Below are positions 55,137 to 64,000 of a stretch of DNA of 64,000 nucleotides, in pieces; position 1 is the stretch's first letter; each line of letters opens with the position of its first letter. Where the stretch lies: positions 18,179-82,178 of IMG/VR virus record IMGVR_UViG_3300012017_000779; one strand, given 5' to 3'. The notes under the pieces are model-generated. The model had not been told where the DNA came from. It saw nothing but the letters and a program-made list of their open reading frames with translations, and did not search any database. Position numbers and translations under genes: made by a program. This DNA is from a virus.

Positions 55137-55540
55137 TACTTTTTCTTTTTCTTTTTATCTTTATCACTTATATATTTAGCTGCAAGTCCTAAACCTCCCA
55201 TAAGACCTCCTGATACTAAACCTACTTTTTTAAGATCTTTATTAAAAGCTCTAGTTCTTTCTACCTTAGATACTCTATTTAACAAATTATTAAGTTGTGT
55301 GGTTTCTGAATCTTTTACTTTTTTTAGTGTTTCTTTTTTTACCATATTTGATATAGTTCCAGGTGCTTTTTTGTTAACATCAATTAAACGTTTTGCTTGT
55401 TTAGTTAAAGCTTTATTTTTTTCTGCTGCTCTAGCACCAATTTTTGCACCTTTTATACCATATTTAATAGCTCCTTTTATAATACCACCTAATTGCATTT
55501 TTTTTGTTGTCCCACCACAACTCATACATTTTGTTTTCAT
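55136..55540 (-). CDS. Lys-rich basic protein (134 aa) with a hydrophobic Gly-rich C-terminal segment
   Basis: MKTKCMSCGG start shared with 54112; VGLVSGGLMGGLGLAA followed by poly-Lys. Confidence 0.75.
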   Translation of the reverse strand: MKTKCMSCGGTTKKMQLGGIIKGAIKYGIKGAKIGARAAEKNKALTKQAKRLIDVNKKAPGTISNMVKKETLKKVKDSETTQLNNLLNRVSKVERTRAFNKDLKKVGLVSGGLMGGLGLAAKYISDKDKKKKKK

Positions 55541-55561
55541 TTTATTTTAGTTTTAAATAAG

Positions 55562-56578
55562 TTACGCATTCCAATACTTTTCACAAGCTTCATTAAGATC
55601 TTTAAGAATGTCCTCATTTAAAGGATTCTTTAAATACTCAACTACATCTGCTACATTTCTACCAAGTAAAGCTGTTGACTTAACATGATAAATATAACCA
55701 TCTGCCTTATTTATAATATACTTAAAAAAAACGGAATCTCTTACAATTGATTTGATTTTTAATGTTTCCATATCCATTGCTGCAGTTTCAATAAATGATT
55801 TAGCTGCTCTTTCCTTGTTTCCTTCTGCACCATCTCCATTTATATAAATGTCCATGTTTTCATAAATAACATCATTAGGTGTTGATTTTCTATACTGTGT
55901 ACTATTTATATCCACAACTTTTGCAATGTAGAATAACTTAGTACTGTTTTTATCAAATAATTTTTGAAGTTCAGATAATGCTTTGTTACGCATTTTTTTG
56001 TACTCTGTTCTTGCCATTACAGTTTCTTCTTCTTTATCTAAGTAAAACTTAGGAGCTACAGCTTTTGATCTTGCATCATCATAACTTTTTGCTACAATTG
56101 CAAAACCTCCTGCTTCAATAGCATAAAGTTTAATTCTATCATAAGGATCTTTTGGGTCTAAGAACATAGGTTCATTTCCACAAGAGATATTTATTTTATT
56201 CCAAAATTTTTGATTGTCAGGTCTTAGTAATGTTACTTTATTCCAAAAGTCCTTATCATCAATATCAATTACATTTGCTGCTAAATCTTTTTCAAGTTCA
56301 ATAATAGCAGATCTTATTTCTTTTATTCTTGCTTCTCTAGCATCTTTTTGAAGTAATTTAATTTCAGGAGCAAACTCATTTAATCCTGTTACATACCTCA
56401 TTACACCATTACTTTCTAGACATGCTAGTTGTTCATGATGTTTAACACCATCATATAGTGCTAATCCATAATTTTCTAATCCCATATTTGAAGCAGAACT
56501 ATCAAAAAAAGGTCTTACAGCAATAGCTGTTTTCTTTGTTGTGCTGGTAGTTGTTTCTACCATTGTAAAATTTTCCAT
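55562..56578 (-). CDS. Conserved head-module protein following the MCP (crAss gene-75-like, 338 aa)
   Basis: Synteny; FW...LDPKDPYD.IK and LG.N...V..YLKNP.N motifs. Confidence 0.6.
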   Translation of the reverse strand: MENFTMVETTTSTTKKTAIAVRPFFDSSASNMGLENYGLALYDGVKHHEQLACLESNGVMRYVTGLNEFAPEIKLLQKDAREARIKEIRSAIIELEKDLAANVIDIDDKDFWNKVTLLRPDNQKFWNKINISCGNEPMFLDPKDPYDRIKLYAIEAGGFAIVAKSYDDARSKAVAPKFYLDKEEETVMARTEYKKMRNKALSELQKLFDKNSTKLFYIAKVVDINSTQYRKSTPNDVIYENMDIYINGDGAEGNKERAAKSFIETAAMDMETLKIKSIVRDSVFFKYIINKADGYIYHVKSTALLGRNVADVVEYLKNPLNEDILKDLNEACEKYWNA

Positions 56579-56619
56579 CTTGTTTGTTGGTTTTTAGTTA
56601 GTAAAATTGAGTAATTATT

Positions 56620-56651
56620 AAAAAAAAAGGAGGAGCTCCCTCCTCCCTTTT
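56620..56651 (-). terminator. Intrinsic terminator after the major capsid gene
   Basis: Minus strand reads GGAGGAG-GGAG-CTCCTCC followed by T9. Confidence 0.85.
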
Positions 56652-56670
56652 AGTTTAATCTTATTTTCTA

Positions 56671-58287
56671 TTAGAATGATCCACCAGTGATTGGGTTTCT
56701 CATAACAATTTTTAAAACTTTAGTTGGATCTTTTACCCAAATAGCTGGCATTGTTTGAGACATCATTACACGGTATCCATTGAATTGACCAGAAGACTGG
56801 AATCCTTGTGAACGTCCCATGTAATCCATAGTACCATTTTGGTACCACCACTTTAATTGATTATCCCAAGACAACTTCAATAAGAAGATATTGTCATTAG
56901 TATTATCAGTGATATCAAAGATAATGAAGCTATAAGAAGATAATGGGAAACCATCAATGATTGGGTTTTCAATATCATTAGTATGAACATTATCAAATGC
57001 TGGATTAAGTACAAACTTAACATTTGCTAAAAAAGGTATTACATATGAAGTATATGCAAATCCAAAGTTCAAGTCCATTCCTTTTCCTGTGATAGCTCCT
57101 ATGTCTGCAGCTTGGATTAAAAGACCTGAAGAGATTGCTTCAGTTTTAATTGCCTCATTAACCATTCTCATACCTGCCATACCAGTTTGAACAACTAGTG
57201 AACGTTTTGGATCTGGACCTTGGAACTCAACTTTACCATTAAAGAAATTATAAATTTCTCCACGGAACAAATCAAGTGTAAAGTTATTCTTGTTATATAC
57301 TCTTTTGAAAGAGTTATCCAACTGCTTCCAAAGACCTACTGACAATCTAACATCATCTGGTCCATCTTGACGTACACGTCCACCATGACCCCACATTAAA
57401 TAAGTTTCTATGTCTGTTGCAATCTTAGAAAGATGTGCAGCTTCCATATTAGTTAAGAATGTACGTGATAAATCACCATTGTCAAAAGCTTTTTTAACTT
57501 TGTCTTTACCCATTACTTTAACCATATCATCTAAAGATGCAATAGATGGATCAATGTTTTTGTCAAATGTTCTCCAGATTTCAGTTACAGGAACTGTACC
57601 ATCTGCATTCATTCCACCTTTGATCATTAAGTCTGCACGAGAAGATATAGAATAATGTACGTGAGCTTCTGCACCACCAACAAAGTTGTAGAATTCACGG
57701 AATCCTGTGTTTGTTGTAATGTCAGAGAATCTCTCTCCATATTCCCCACGGGCAGAACCTTTACGGAATACTTTTGTACCATTAGCTAAGTACTTATTAT
57801 CTAAGTATTTATAGTTGTCATTGTTTACCAATTGTACAGTATAGATAAATCCATCTCCTAAAGGAAGGATATCATCTGCTGTAATGTACATCTCAACACC
57901 ATTGTATTTGTCATATGTGATGATATCACCATGTCCAAATTCTCTTTTGTTAATTTTAATTTTGAAAGTTGTACCATCAATACCTTTAAAGTCATTAGAT
58001 GATTCAATGTCTTCTATAATATATGGAAGATCAATAGAAACCGGAGTTTGCCATTTGTACTCTCCACGAGCATTATCTACATTGATTACATTTTTACCAC
58101 CAAAGCTTGACATTTGGTATAGAGGCATTTCAACTCTTTGAGCCATTGCCCAAAGGTCTACTGGACCTAAGTCCATTGGTTCTGCATCTTTTAGCATGTT
58201 CACCAAGTGGTAAGAATCCACATGGGAACTAGCTGCATAGGCTGTATCCCGTAGGAATATGCCGTTGTTCATTACTGGAGTTGCCAT
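56671..58287 (-). CDS. Major capsid protein (538 aa)
   Basis: Follows portal and scaffold; EYKW, IETYLMWG, GLWKQL, TGMAGM and NPAFD blocks of crAss-like MCPs; followed by a terminator; visibly more C-ending codons than neighbouring genes. Confidence 0.88.
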   Translation of the reverse strand: MATPVMNNGIFLRDTAYAASSHVDSYHLVNMLKDAEPMDLGPVDLWAMAQRVEMPLYQMSSFGGKNVINVDNARGEYKWQTPVSIDLPYIIEDIESSNDFKGIDGTTFKIKINKREFGHGDIITYDKYNGVEMYITADDILPLGDGFIYTVQLVNNDNYKYLDNKYLANGTKVFRKGSARGEYGERFSDITTNTGFREFYNFVGGAEAHVHYSISSRADLMIKGGMNADGTVPVTEIWRTFDKNIDPSIASLDDMVKVMGKDKVKKAFDNGDLSRTFLTNMEAAHLSKIATDIETYLMWGHGGRVRQDGPDDVRLSVGLWKQLDNSFKRVYNKNNFTLDLFRGEIYNFFNGKVEFQGPDPKRSLVVQTGMAGMRMVNEAIKTEAISSGLLIQAADIGAITGKGMDLNFGFAYTSYVIPFLANVKFVLNPAFDNVHTNDIENPIIDGFPLSSYSFIIFDITDNTNDNIFLLKLSWDNQLKWWYQNGTMDYMGRSQGFQSSGQFNGYRVMMSQTMPAIWVKDPTKVLKIVMRNPITGGSF

Positions 58288-58317
58288 TTTTTATTTTGTT
58301 TTTATTTGTTACTTATT

Positions 58318-59565
58318 TTAAAATTTTCTAAAAATATTAGTATTTCTAGATATTGTTTTTGGTTCTCTTGATGGAGTCCTTGTATATTTCTCATCTTCAT
58401 TAGTATATGATGATGTATTTTTTCTAGACTCTTCAGTTTTTAATTGTCTTACTGTTTTTTCAATTGCTGCTTTACTTCCTTGATCTCTTACTTTAGTTTT
58501 GTATCCATCTGGATCTGCAAGTAACCAAAGTGCTTCTGCAATTAAATCATGTCTTGGTTCTACAAACTGATACTTTTCTAACAAGTGTCCTAACATGTTT
58601 GTAGGTTTACCTGAAATTGAAGGGTAGTTAGGTTGAACTAATCCTGAGTAAAGCATATTTTGTATTTTCTTATCTATTTTAATTCCTCCAAGTTCAGCAG
58701 TTATTAATGTATTATATACATTATCTGTATATAATTTTGCTTGCTTTTGTTGTTGTTCTTTTTTTTGTTCTTGTTCTGCTAATTGTCTTGTAATAATTTC
58801 TTCTTGCATTCTATCCAACTTTGGTTTGAATTGATTAGCTTTTTGTTCTAATTTATTAACATCCCTCCAGTCTTCAATTTCTTCTTCTATTTCTTCTGCA
58901 GTTCCAAAATTTGTAGCATATAAATATTGTCTTGCTATTTCTGCTTGGTCATTTTCATTTGCAGGATCTAATTCTATTATTTCTTCTACATATGCTAATG
59001 TTCTAAACAGTCCTTTTAAATCTTGTCCTCCATCTGCTACATATTTTGCAGCAACTTGAAGTTCTTCTGGTAAAGCATTAAAAAATTCTTTTGGAGTACT
59101 CTCTCTTATTTTATTTTCCCTATCTTGAAAATTTGCTTCAAATAGTTCTCTAAAATCTTTTGTTGTATACTCTTCTAAATCTTTATCATCATCAAAAGGA
59201 ACTAAAGCTCCTTCTTCTATCATCTTAGTTGCTAGGTCATAAAGTCCTGACTTATCAACTTTAGGTCTACCTTTATTACCAGCATCCTCCTCTTGTGAAA
59301 TTAGATTATCTAACTCTGCAAAAGTTTCCTTTACTTCTTCAATTTCTTTTGCCTCTTCTTTTGAAACAGGCTTGTCAAGGAACGTAATGTCTATATTTTC
59401 TTTAGAAAACATAGACTTGGGTTTTTCTTCTAATTTACCATCTGATGGAAGCATAACATTTTCTGCTCCCGGCATTCCAAATAGTTCATCAATATTTACA
59501 TCTACTTGTTCTACCGTTGTAGAATCTTGTACTTGATTTTCATCAGTTTCATTGTTGGTTTTCAT
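58318..59565 (-). CDS. Acidic scaffold-like protein (crAss gene-77-like, 415 aa)
   Basis: Acidic, coiled-coil-rich ORF between portal and MCP with a basic C-terminus. Confidence 0.6.
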   Translation of the reverse strand: MKTNNETDENQVQDSTTVEQVDVNIDELFGMPGAENVMLPSDGKLEEKPKSMFSKENIDITFLDKPVSKEEAKEIEEVKETFAELDNLISQEEDAGNKGRPKVDKSGLYDLATKMIEEGALVPFDDDKDLEEYTTKDFRELFEANFQDRENKIRESTPKEFFNALPEELQVAAKYVADGGQDLKGLFRTLAYVEEIIELDPANENDQAEIARQYLYATNFGTAEEIEEEIEDWRDVNKLEQKANQFKPKLDRMQEEIITRQLAEQEQKKEQQQKQAKLYTDNVYNTLITAELGGIKIDKKIQNMLYSGLVQPNYPSISGKPTNMLGHLLEKYQFVEPRHDLIAEALWLLADPDGYKTKVRDQGSKAAIEKTVRQLKTEESRKNTSSYTNEDEKYTRTPSREPKTISRNTNIFRKF

Positions 59566-59587
59566 TTTGTTGGTTTTTGTTTATAAT

Positions 59588-59619
59588 TCAATATACAAAT
59601 TAAACTTGAAAGATTTAAA
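59588..59619 (-). promoter_or_regulatory. Putative promoter TTTA-N20-TATATTGA upstream of the scaffold-MCP unit
   Basis: Same motif and spacing; contains the imperfect inverted repeat TAAACTT..AAGATTTA. Confidence 0.65.
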
Positions 59620-59654
59620 AAAAAAATAATTTTTTTTTGCACTATATGGCTAAC

Positions 59655-62405
59655 CTACTTTTTTTTATTTTTATCATCCTTAGAATCAAACTTATTTTTA
59701 TTAGTTCTTGCAATTTCTAATTGGTTATTTGCTATATCTCTCTGTGCTTGTATTTTTTCTCTTTCAATCTCTAATTTTTGATTTCCTCTTAAATTCTCAT
59801 TTAATTGTTTATCTCTTTGCAATTCAGTTTGTTGTTGATATTGTTCAGATTGTCTTATTTCTTTCATGGAATCTTCATAGTCAGACATTTTGTTTTCATT
59901 TAAATCAACTTGTGCACCATAACCAGCTGCTCTAATTTCAGCAACAGTAATATCTTTTTGTATAAGTTTATCTGATTTCTCAGCTTCTGCTTGTATTGTT
60001 GCTTGTTGTTGTTTTTCTTGAGATGCCAATTGTTCAGTTTGCATTTGTTGTTGCTGTTGCATTTCTTGTTGTTTTTGTTCTTCTTGTTTTGCTTGAGAAG
60101 ACTTAAGAACAGTATTAAGTTCTGCAATTGAATCAGATTGTACAATTTTACCAAGATCATAAATACTAGCACCTGCTGTATTATTAGTCATAGCCATTTG
60201 CTTAAGTTGTTCAAGAACAGCTCTATGATTTGCATTTGTACTACAAAAAATATTTAAGTCTCTCATTAATAAATCTGTTCCATTAATTTGAAAATTAACT
60301 TTTTCATCAGCACTAGTAATATATGTTAATCTTAAAGATGGTTTTGTAGAATGATAATATTGTGCTAAATCAGTTCTCATTGTATGTACTCTAGGCATTA
60401 AATAATCACAGTGTTGAATAAAGAATACTTCAGTCTGAGCATAAGATGCTGCAGCAGCTTGTTCTACTCCAGTAGCAGTCATTTGAGATAACTGTTGTCC
60501 CATTCTTTGTGGATTAACTCCAATTACTTCATATGCTTGTGCTTTAAAATGATTTGCTAAATTTATTCTAGACATTAGTCTTTCAGTTTGAGATAAGTCT
60601 AGTTTTTGGAAATGATTAAAGTTTAATGCATTTTCTGTATTTGTTATAGATGTATCTAAAGGAAGCATACCAAAATTTTTCATAGCAACATATGCTTTAG
60701 ACAAATTTCCTTTTCCCCAATCTTCTCCTAAAGAATGCCTAGGAAGAGTGTTCTGATCTAACATGATAATAGTTCCTAACTCATCTACTAATATGTCAGC
60801 AATCTGGTTGTTTACTATGTTAAATCCAATCTGGTATGGTTTCATTAAATCAATTAGTGCAGTAGACTTTGTATTTCTATCAGAAAAAACAGCACCTTCT
60901 ACAGGAAGTTTACAACCATATATAGTAGAATCTCCTTTAAATTGAAATTTTAATCTACCAATTTTATTTTTATCAATTCCAAGATATAAAGGAGAAAAAC
61001 CACTAGGGTTATTCATTCCCCAAAATGATGTTAAATTTGGACCAATTTTTATTCCACCCCAAACTTCATTTATCCAAATCCAATCTATATGTTCTCCATA
61101 TATTAATGTATCTTTTGTTTTATTTTTAAACAATCTATTATCATATATTGGTTTATATTCTATAACATAATCTTCTGAAATTAATTCATTTACTACTTCT
61201 CCACTTTCAGAAATTTTAGTTAAGTGGCCTACTTTTTTTTGAGATTTCCAATACACTGTTGAAACTCTTAAAAGTAATGCATTACCATTATCAAAAGTTT
61301 CATCACCTTCAGATAATATTTCTGTAATAACATCTCCATTATTTATAACAGTACCATTCATTGCAGAAGTATATTGTCTCATTGCTAATGAAGGCATGTT
61401 AGTATTCCATGCATGTGATTTAGTACCATCATAAAAAGTACCATCATTTTGATAACCACCTGTTGTATAACCAGCAGCTGTAATAGGATATATTGCTTCA
61501 AGACTTTTTAATTGGTCTTCATTCATTAAATAACCATACTTATCAATAACATCTGGTAATGTCATCATATCAGTTTTTCCAACATAATTAGATTGAGAAA
61601 TATATCTTGCATCAGGAGACTTATGATAGAATGTAACAACAGGATTCCAAAGTTCTACTTCATAATCATCTTCCATCATGCGGAAATGCCAGAACTCTCT
61701 ATCAGTAATTAGCATGTCTCTGAATCCTCTTTCTTCTAATTCATCCATGCTAAATCTTTCAACATCTACTTTATGTTGATGAGATGCCCATTCTTCTACC
61801 ATAGATCTATAATCTTTTTTAAAGAATTGTTCTATTTCTGGTAGTGTTTTTAATTTTTCTGGTGATACTTCTTGTTGTGCTTCTTCAGAATTAGGATCCA
61901 TTCCTTGAGCAATTAATGCTGCAACTATTTTAGTTTGAGCATTTGCCATTAAAACTTCTTCTACCATAGATTTTTTTTGTTCCATCATTTCATTATATGA
62001 AATTTCATCTATTGCACGGTATGTAAGTTTAGTTGATCTCTTTGCAAATTCAGCTACTAGAACATTAATAACATTTGGAATAATAGGATAGAACTTTAAT
62101 TCTAAAGCAGATGTATCTTCTTTAGTTAAAAGATCTACTATATCCCTCATTTCATTATTTTCTTCAACTATGTAATCTGATTTATCTATAACACCTTTTG
62201 CTAACTTATAATTTTTCATAAGTCTTCTGGCATTCCTACGTATTTGTTTTTGTCCTTGCCATTCTATCCAATCAAGATTCCAGGCAGCCCATTCATCTGT
62301 TTTTTCTTTTTTAGGTAAAAACTGCAAAGGTTGAGAAATTGTACCAATTTTATTGTTTTCAGTTTTAGTTCCTGCTTTGGCTTGTAAAGCATTAATTATT
62401 TGCAT
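59655..62405 (-). CDS. Portal protein (916 aa)
   Basis: Follows the terminase; FYPIIPNVINVLVAE, WINEVWGG.KIG, LIDLMKPYQ..NIV.N and IGVNPQRMGQ motifs; Gln-rich coiled C-terminus. Confidence 0.9.
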   Translation of the reverse strand: MQIINALQAKAGTKTENNKIGTISQPLQFLPKKEKTDEWAAWNLDWIEWQGQKQIRRNARRLMKNYKLAKGVIDKSDYIVEENNEMRDIVDLLTKEDTSALELKFYPIIPNVINVLVAEFAKRSTKLTYRAIDEISYNEMMEQKKSMVEEVLMANAQTKIVAALIAQGMDPNSEEAQQEVSPEKLKTLPEIEQFFKKDYRSMVEEWASHQHKVDVERFSMDELEERGFRDMLITDREFWHFRMMEDDYEVELWNPVVTFYHKSPDARYISQSNYVGKTDMMTLPDVIDKYGYLMNEDQLKSLEAIYPITAAGYTTGGYQNDGTFYDGTKSHAWNTNMPSLAMRQYTSAMNGTVINNGDVITEILSEGDETFDNGNALLLRVSTVYWKSQKKVGHLTKISESGEVVNELISEDYVIEYKPIYDNRLFKNKTKDTLIYGEHIDWIWINEVWGGIKIGPNLTSFWGMNNPSGFSPLYLGIDKNKIGRLKFQFKGDSTIYGCKLPVEGAVFSDRNTKSTALIDLMKPYQIGFNIVNNQIADILVDELGTIIMLDQNTLPRHSLGEDWGKGNLSKAYVAMKNFGMLPLDTSITNTENALNFNHFQKLDLSQTERLMSRINLANHFKAQAYEVIGVNPQRMGQQLSQMTATGVEQAAAASYAQTEVFFIQHCDYLMPRVHTMRTDLAQYYHSTKPSLRLTYITSADEKVNFQINGTDLLMRDLNIFCSTNANHRAVLEQLKQMAMTNNTAGASIYDLGKIVQSDSIAELNTVLKSSQAKQEEQKQQEMQQQQQMQTEQLASQEKQQQATIQAEAEKSDKLIQKDITVAEIRAAGYGAQVDLNENKMSDYEDSMKEIRQSEQYQQQTELQRDKQLNENLRGNQKLEIEREKIQAQRDIANNQLEIARTNKNKFDSKDDKNKKK

Positions 62406-62411
62406 AGTATT

Positions 62412-64000
62412 TTACTTTAAGTTTTTAAAGGCAGATCTATTAGAGTCTGTCCTATTTGATACCCTATTTCCTCCAACATGACGAAAAGGACTTCTATTTA
62501 ATTTAAACAAATTTTCTGACTTTTGCAAGTTTTTTGCTGCATCATCCATAACTACTCTTTTAGAATATCCTCTATTAGATTGTTGTATTCTCATAAATGC
62601 AACAAGTGCAGCAAAAGAAACTAATCTATCCACATTGACACCATCTGCATATTCTTGCATTTCTTTAAGTAACATAGGATCAGGTATCCTTTCTATACCA
62701 TATTTAGTTCTTACAATAGTACCATCTGTTTTAGTTTCTACATCTAATTCTTCTTTGGTATATTCTATAGTATAACTCAGTAAATGTGCTTTAAATAATG
62801 TGCCAGTATTTTTCCAACCATACTCCTGGAAGACGTTAGCATTAGAACCAATATCTTTTAAAAACATAATTTGTCCTTTAGGTACTAAATATCTTTGTTT
62901 TTTTCTAGATATCATATATTGAATAAACAAAGAAATATTATTTTCTATAACTGTCCATGCATTATACCATTCTATTATAAGTTCTAGTCTTTGGTGAGTT
63001 TTATTAATATCATCAAATCTTCCACACCAAGCTGCAACTATTTTATCTTGTTCAACATATGTTTCAGTATCTGTTCCACTTATTCTAGTTACTTCTACAG
63101 GAGCTTTCATTACATATATAGAACACAATGATTCTGATGTTGTAGTTTTTCCTTCAGATACAGGGTCAATTGAAGCATAGTACTGTCCAAAAGTTGGATC
63201 TTTAACTGGTCTTTCCCATACTACTAATACTCCTGTTTTATCTTCAGTTTTTTTAGATATTGGAAATTCTATTATTGGTCTTTTATTACTTGTTGTAACA
63301 GTAGGTTTTCCATCAGAATCTGTATTAATATCTAAAAATTCATAAGCATATTCTTTTTCTTCAATTCTTCTTGCTTGTGCTGCAATTAGATGTGTAGGAA
63401 AAACTGATACAGATCTATGATCAAATGCTTCTTTTATATTTCTTGGATGCTGAGATATTCTTAATTGGTAATCTTCTGGATTTAATTCTTTTTTCCATTT
63501 TTCAAATTGAGCATCTAATGCTATAAGAGACTCTTCAACAAGTGAATTACCATATAAATCAATGTGAGGAGGCATGGACCATTGTTCTGGAATAAATAAA
63601 CCTGACACACCTGGTGTACCTTTATTATCTAATAAATTTGTTTCTACAGCATATACATCTTTTGAGTTAGGATTTAATATCATATCTCTTAAAGGATTGC
63701 ATTGAGATAAATCACCTACTGATCCTGCAGCAATAAACATTCCTGTAGTTGTTAAACCTGATCTCATTGCAGGTCTCATGTACTCATAAGTCTGATCCAT
63801 CTTTGGTGCTATACCTGCTTCTTCATGAAAGAAATATTTTACTGGTCCACCAACACCATTTGTAGGATCCTTTTCAAAAGACATTCCTTGCATTGTACCT
63901 TTTAAACCTGATTCTGTTTTTCTGTCTCCTTTTCTAATTTCAATTTTTTGTTGCCACATTAAAATTTTATCAGGATTCATAGGTCTGTACCATGCAGTAT
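62412..64000 (-). CDS. terL: Terminase large subunit (5'-truncated; frame stays open beyond the annotated Met)
   Basis: Walker B YFFHEEAG, coupling motif AAGSVG, and RNase H-like motifs YYASIDPV, VIENN and NVDRLVS. The frame upstream of 63980 reads TAWYRP with no stop. Confidence 0.92.
   Translation of the reverse strand, partial: TAWYRPMNPDKILMWQQKIEIRKGDRKTESGLKGTMQGMSFEKDPTNGVGGPVKYFFHEEAGIAPKMDQTYEYMRPAMRSGLTTTGMFIAAGSVGDLSQCNPLRDMILNPNSKDVYAVETNLLDNKGTPGVSGLFIPEQWSMPPHIDLYGNSLVEESLIALDAQFEKWKKELNPEDYQLRISQHPRNIKEAFDHRSVSVFPTHLIAAQARRIEEKEYAYEFLDINTDSDGKPTVTTSNKRPIIEFPISKKTEDKTGVLVVWERPVKDPTFGQYYASIDPVSEGKTTTSESLCSIYVMKAPVEVTRISGTDTETYVEQDKIVAAWCGRFDDINKTHQRLELIIEWYNAWTVIENNISLFIQYMISRKKQRYLVPKGQIMFLKDIGSNANVFQEYGWKNTGTLFKAHLLSYTIEYTKEELDVETKTDGTIVRTKYGIERIPDPMLLKEMQEYADGVNVDRLVSFAALVAFMRIQQSNRGYSKRVVMDDAAKNLQKSENLFKLNRSPFRHVGGNRVSNRTDSNRSAFKNLK

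Noticed and set aside
59617-59638. A-tract/T-tract inverted repeat after the portal gene as a terminator
   Set aside because: The stem is purely AT with no GC hairpin, too weak to call.
54872-60172. Alternative-frame minus-strand ORFs 54872-55096 and 59900-60172
   Set aside because: Both are fully nested in better-supported genes (the DUF5872-like protein and the portal); the second merely mirrors a CAA-rich tract.
4976-60945. All plus-strand ORFs in the track (e.g. 10655-11101, 13096-13434, 42358-42627, 57410-57655)
   Set aside because: They are antisense shadows of long minus-strand genes, with biased Ser/Phe/Ile/Leu composition and no recognisable motifs.
1-64000. Stop-codon reassignment (TAG or TGA), known in some crAss-like phages
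   Set aside because: Multi-kilobase ORFs are intact under the standard code, and TAG (52135, 54798, 59655) and TGA (40406) end genes at sensible boundaries.
62412-64000. Introns or inteins in the terminase, portal, MCP or RNAP
   Set aside because: The frames are continuous, and no intein termini or homing endonuclease motifs were recognised in the parts read.

Overview
This AT-rich window is the virion (late) gene module of a crAss-like phage (Crassvirales-type, probably with a Bacteroidota host). All real genes are on the minus strand. In transcription order (right to left): terminase large subunit (5'-truncated), portal, acidic scaffold-like protein, major capsid protein, a conserved head-module gene, six small Lys-rich basic proteins (one missing from the ORF track), a ring protein, a Dps/ferritin-like protein, an auxiliary capsid protein, Cys-rich tail/fibre proteins with an embedded trypsin-like protease, an IHF-like protein, two ring proteins, the tail stabilisation (muzzle) protein, and a series of giant internal/ejection proteins. 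The last gene (11208 to <1, at least 3736 codons, absent from the ORF track because it has no stop in the window) is a virion RNA polymerase polyprotein: zincin, two-barrel RNAP with a DYDGD catalytic loop, SLOG/DprA-like and DUF4326-like cassettes. Four observations stand out. (1) Modules in three giant proteins are bracketed by in-frame direct repeats, suggesting swappable cargo cassettes. (2) A recurrent xxxxGG motif punctuates the presumed internal proteins. (3) A hairpin in a 3' UTR has a loop that is the exact antisense of the AACCAACAA motif next to the start codons of head genes. (4) Six promoters share TT(G/A)-N19-20-TATATT. No tRNA, rRNA, CRISPR array or integrase was recognised. Family assignments come from motif recognition by eye, not database searches.
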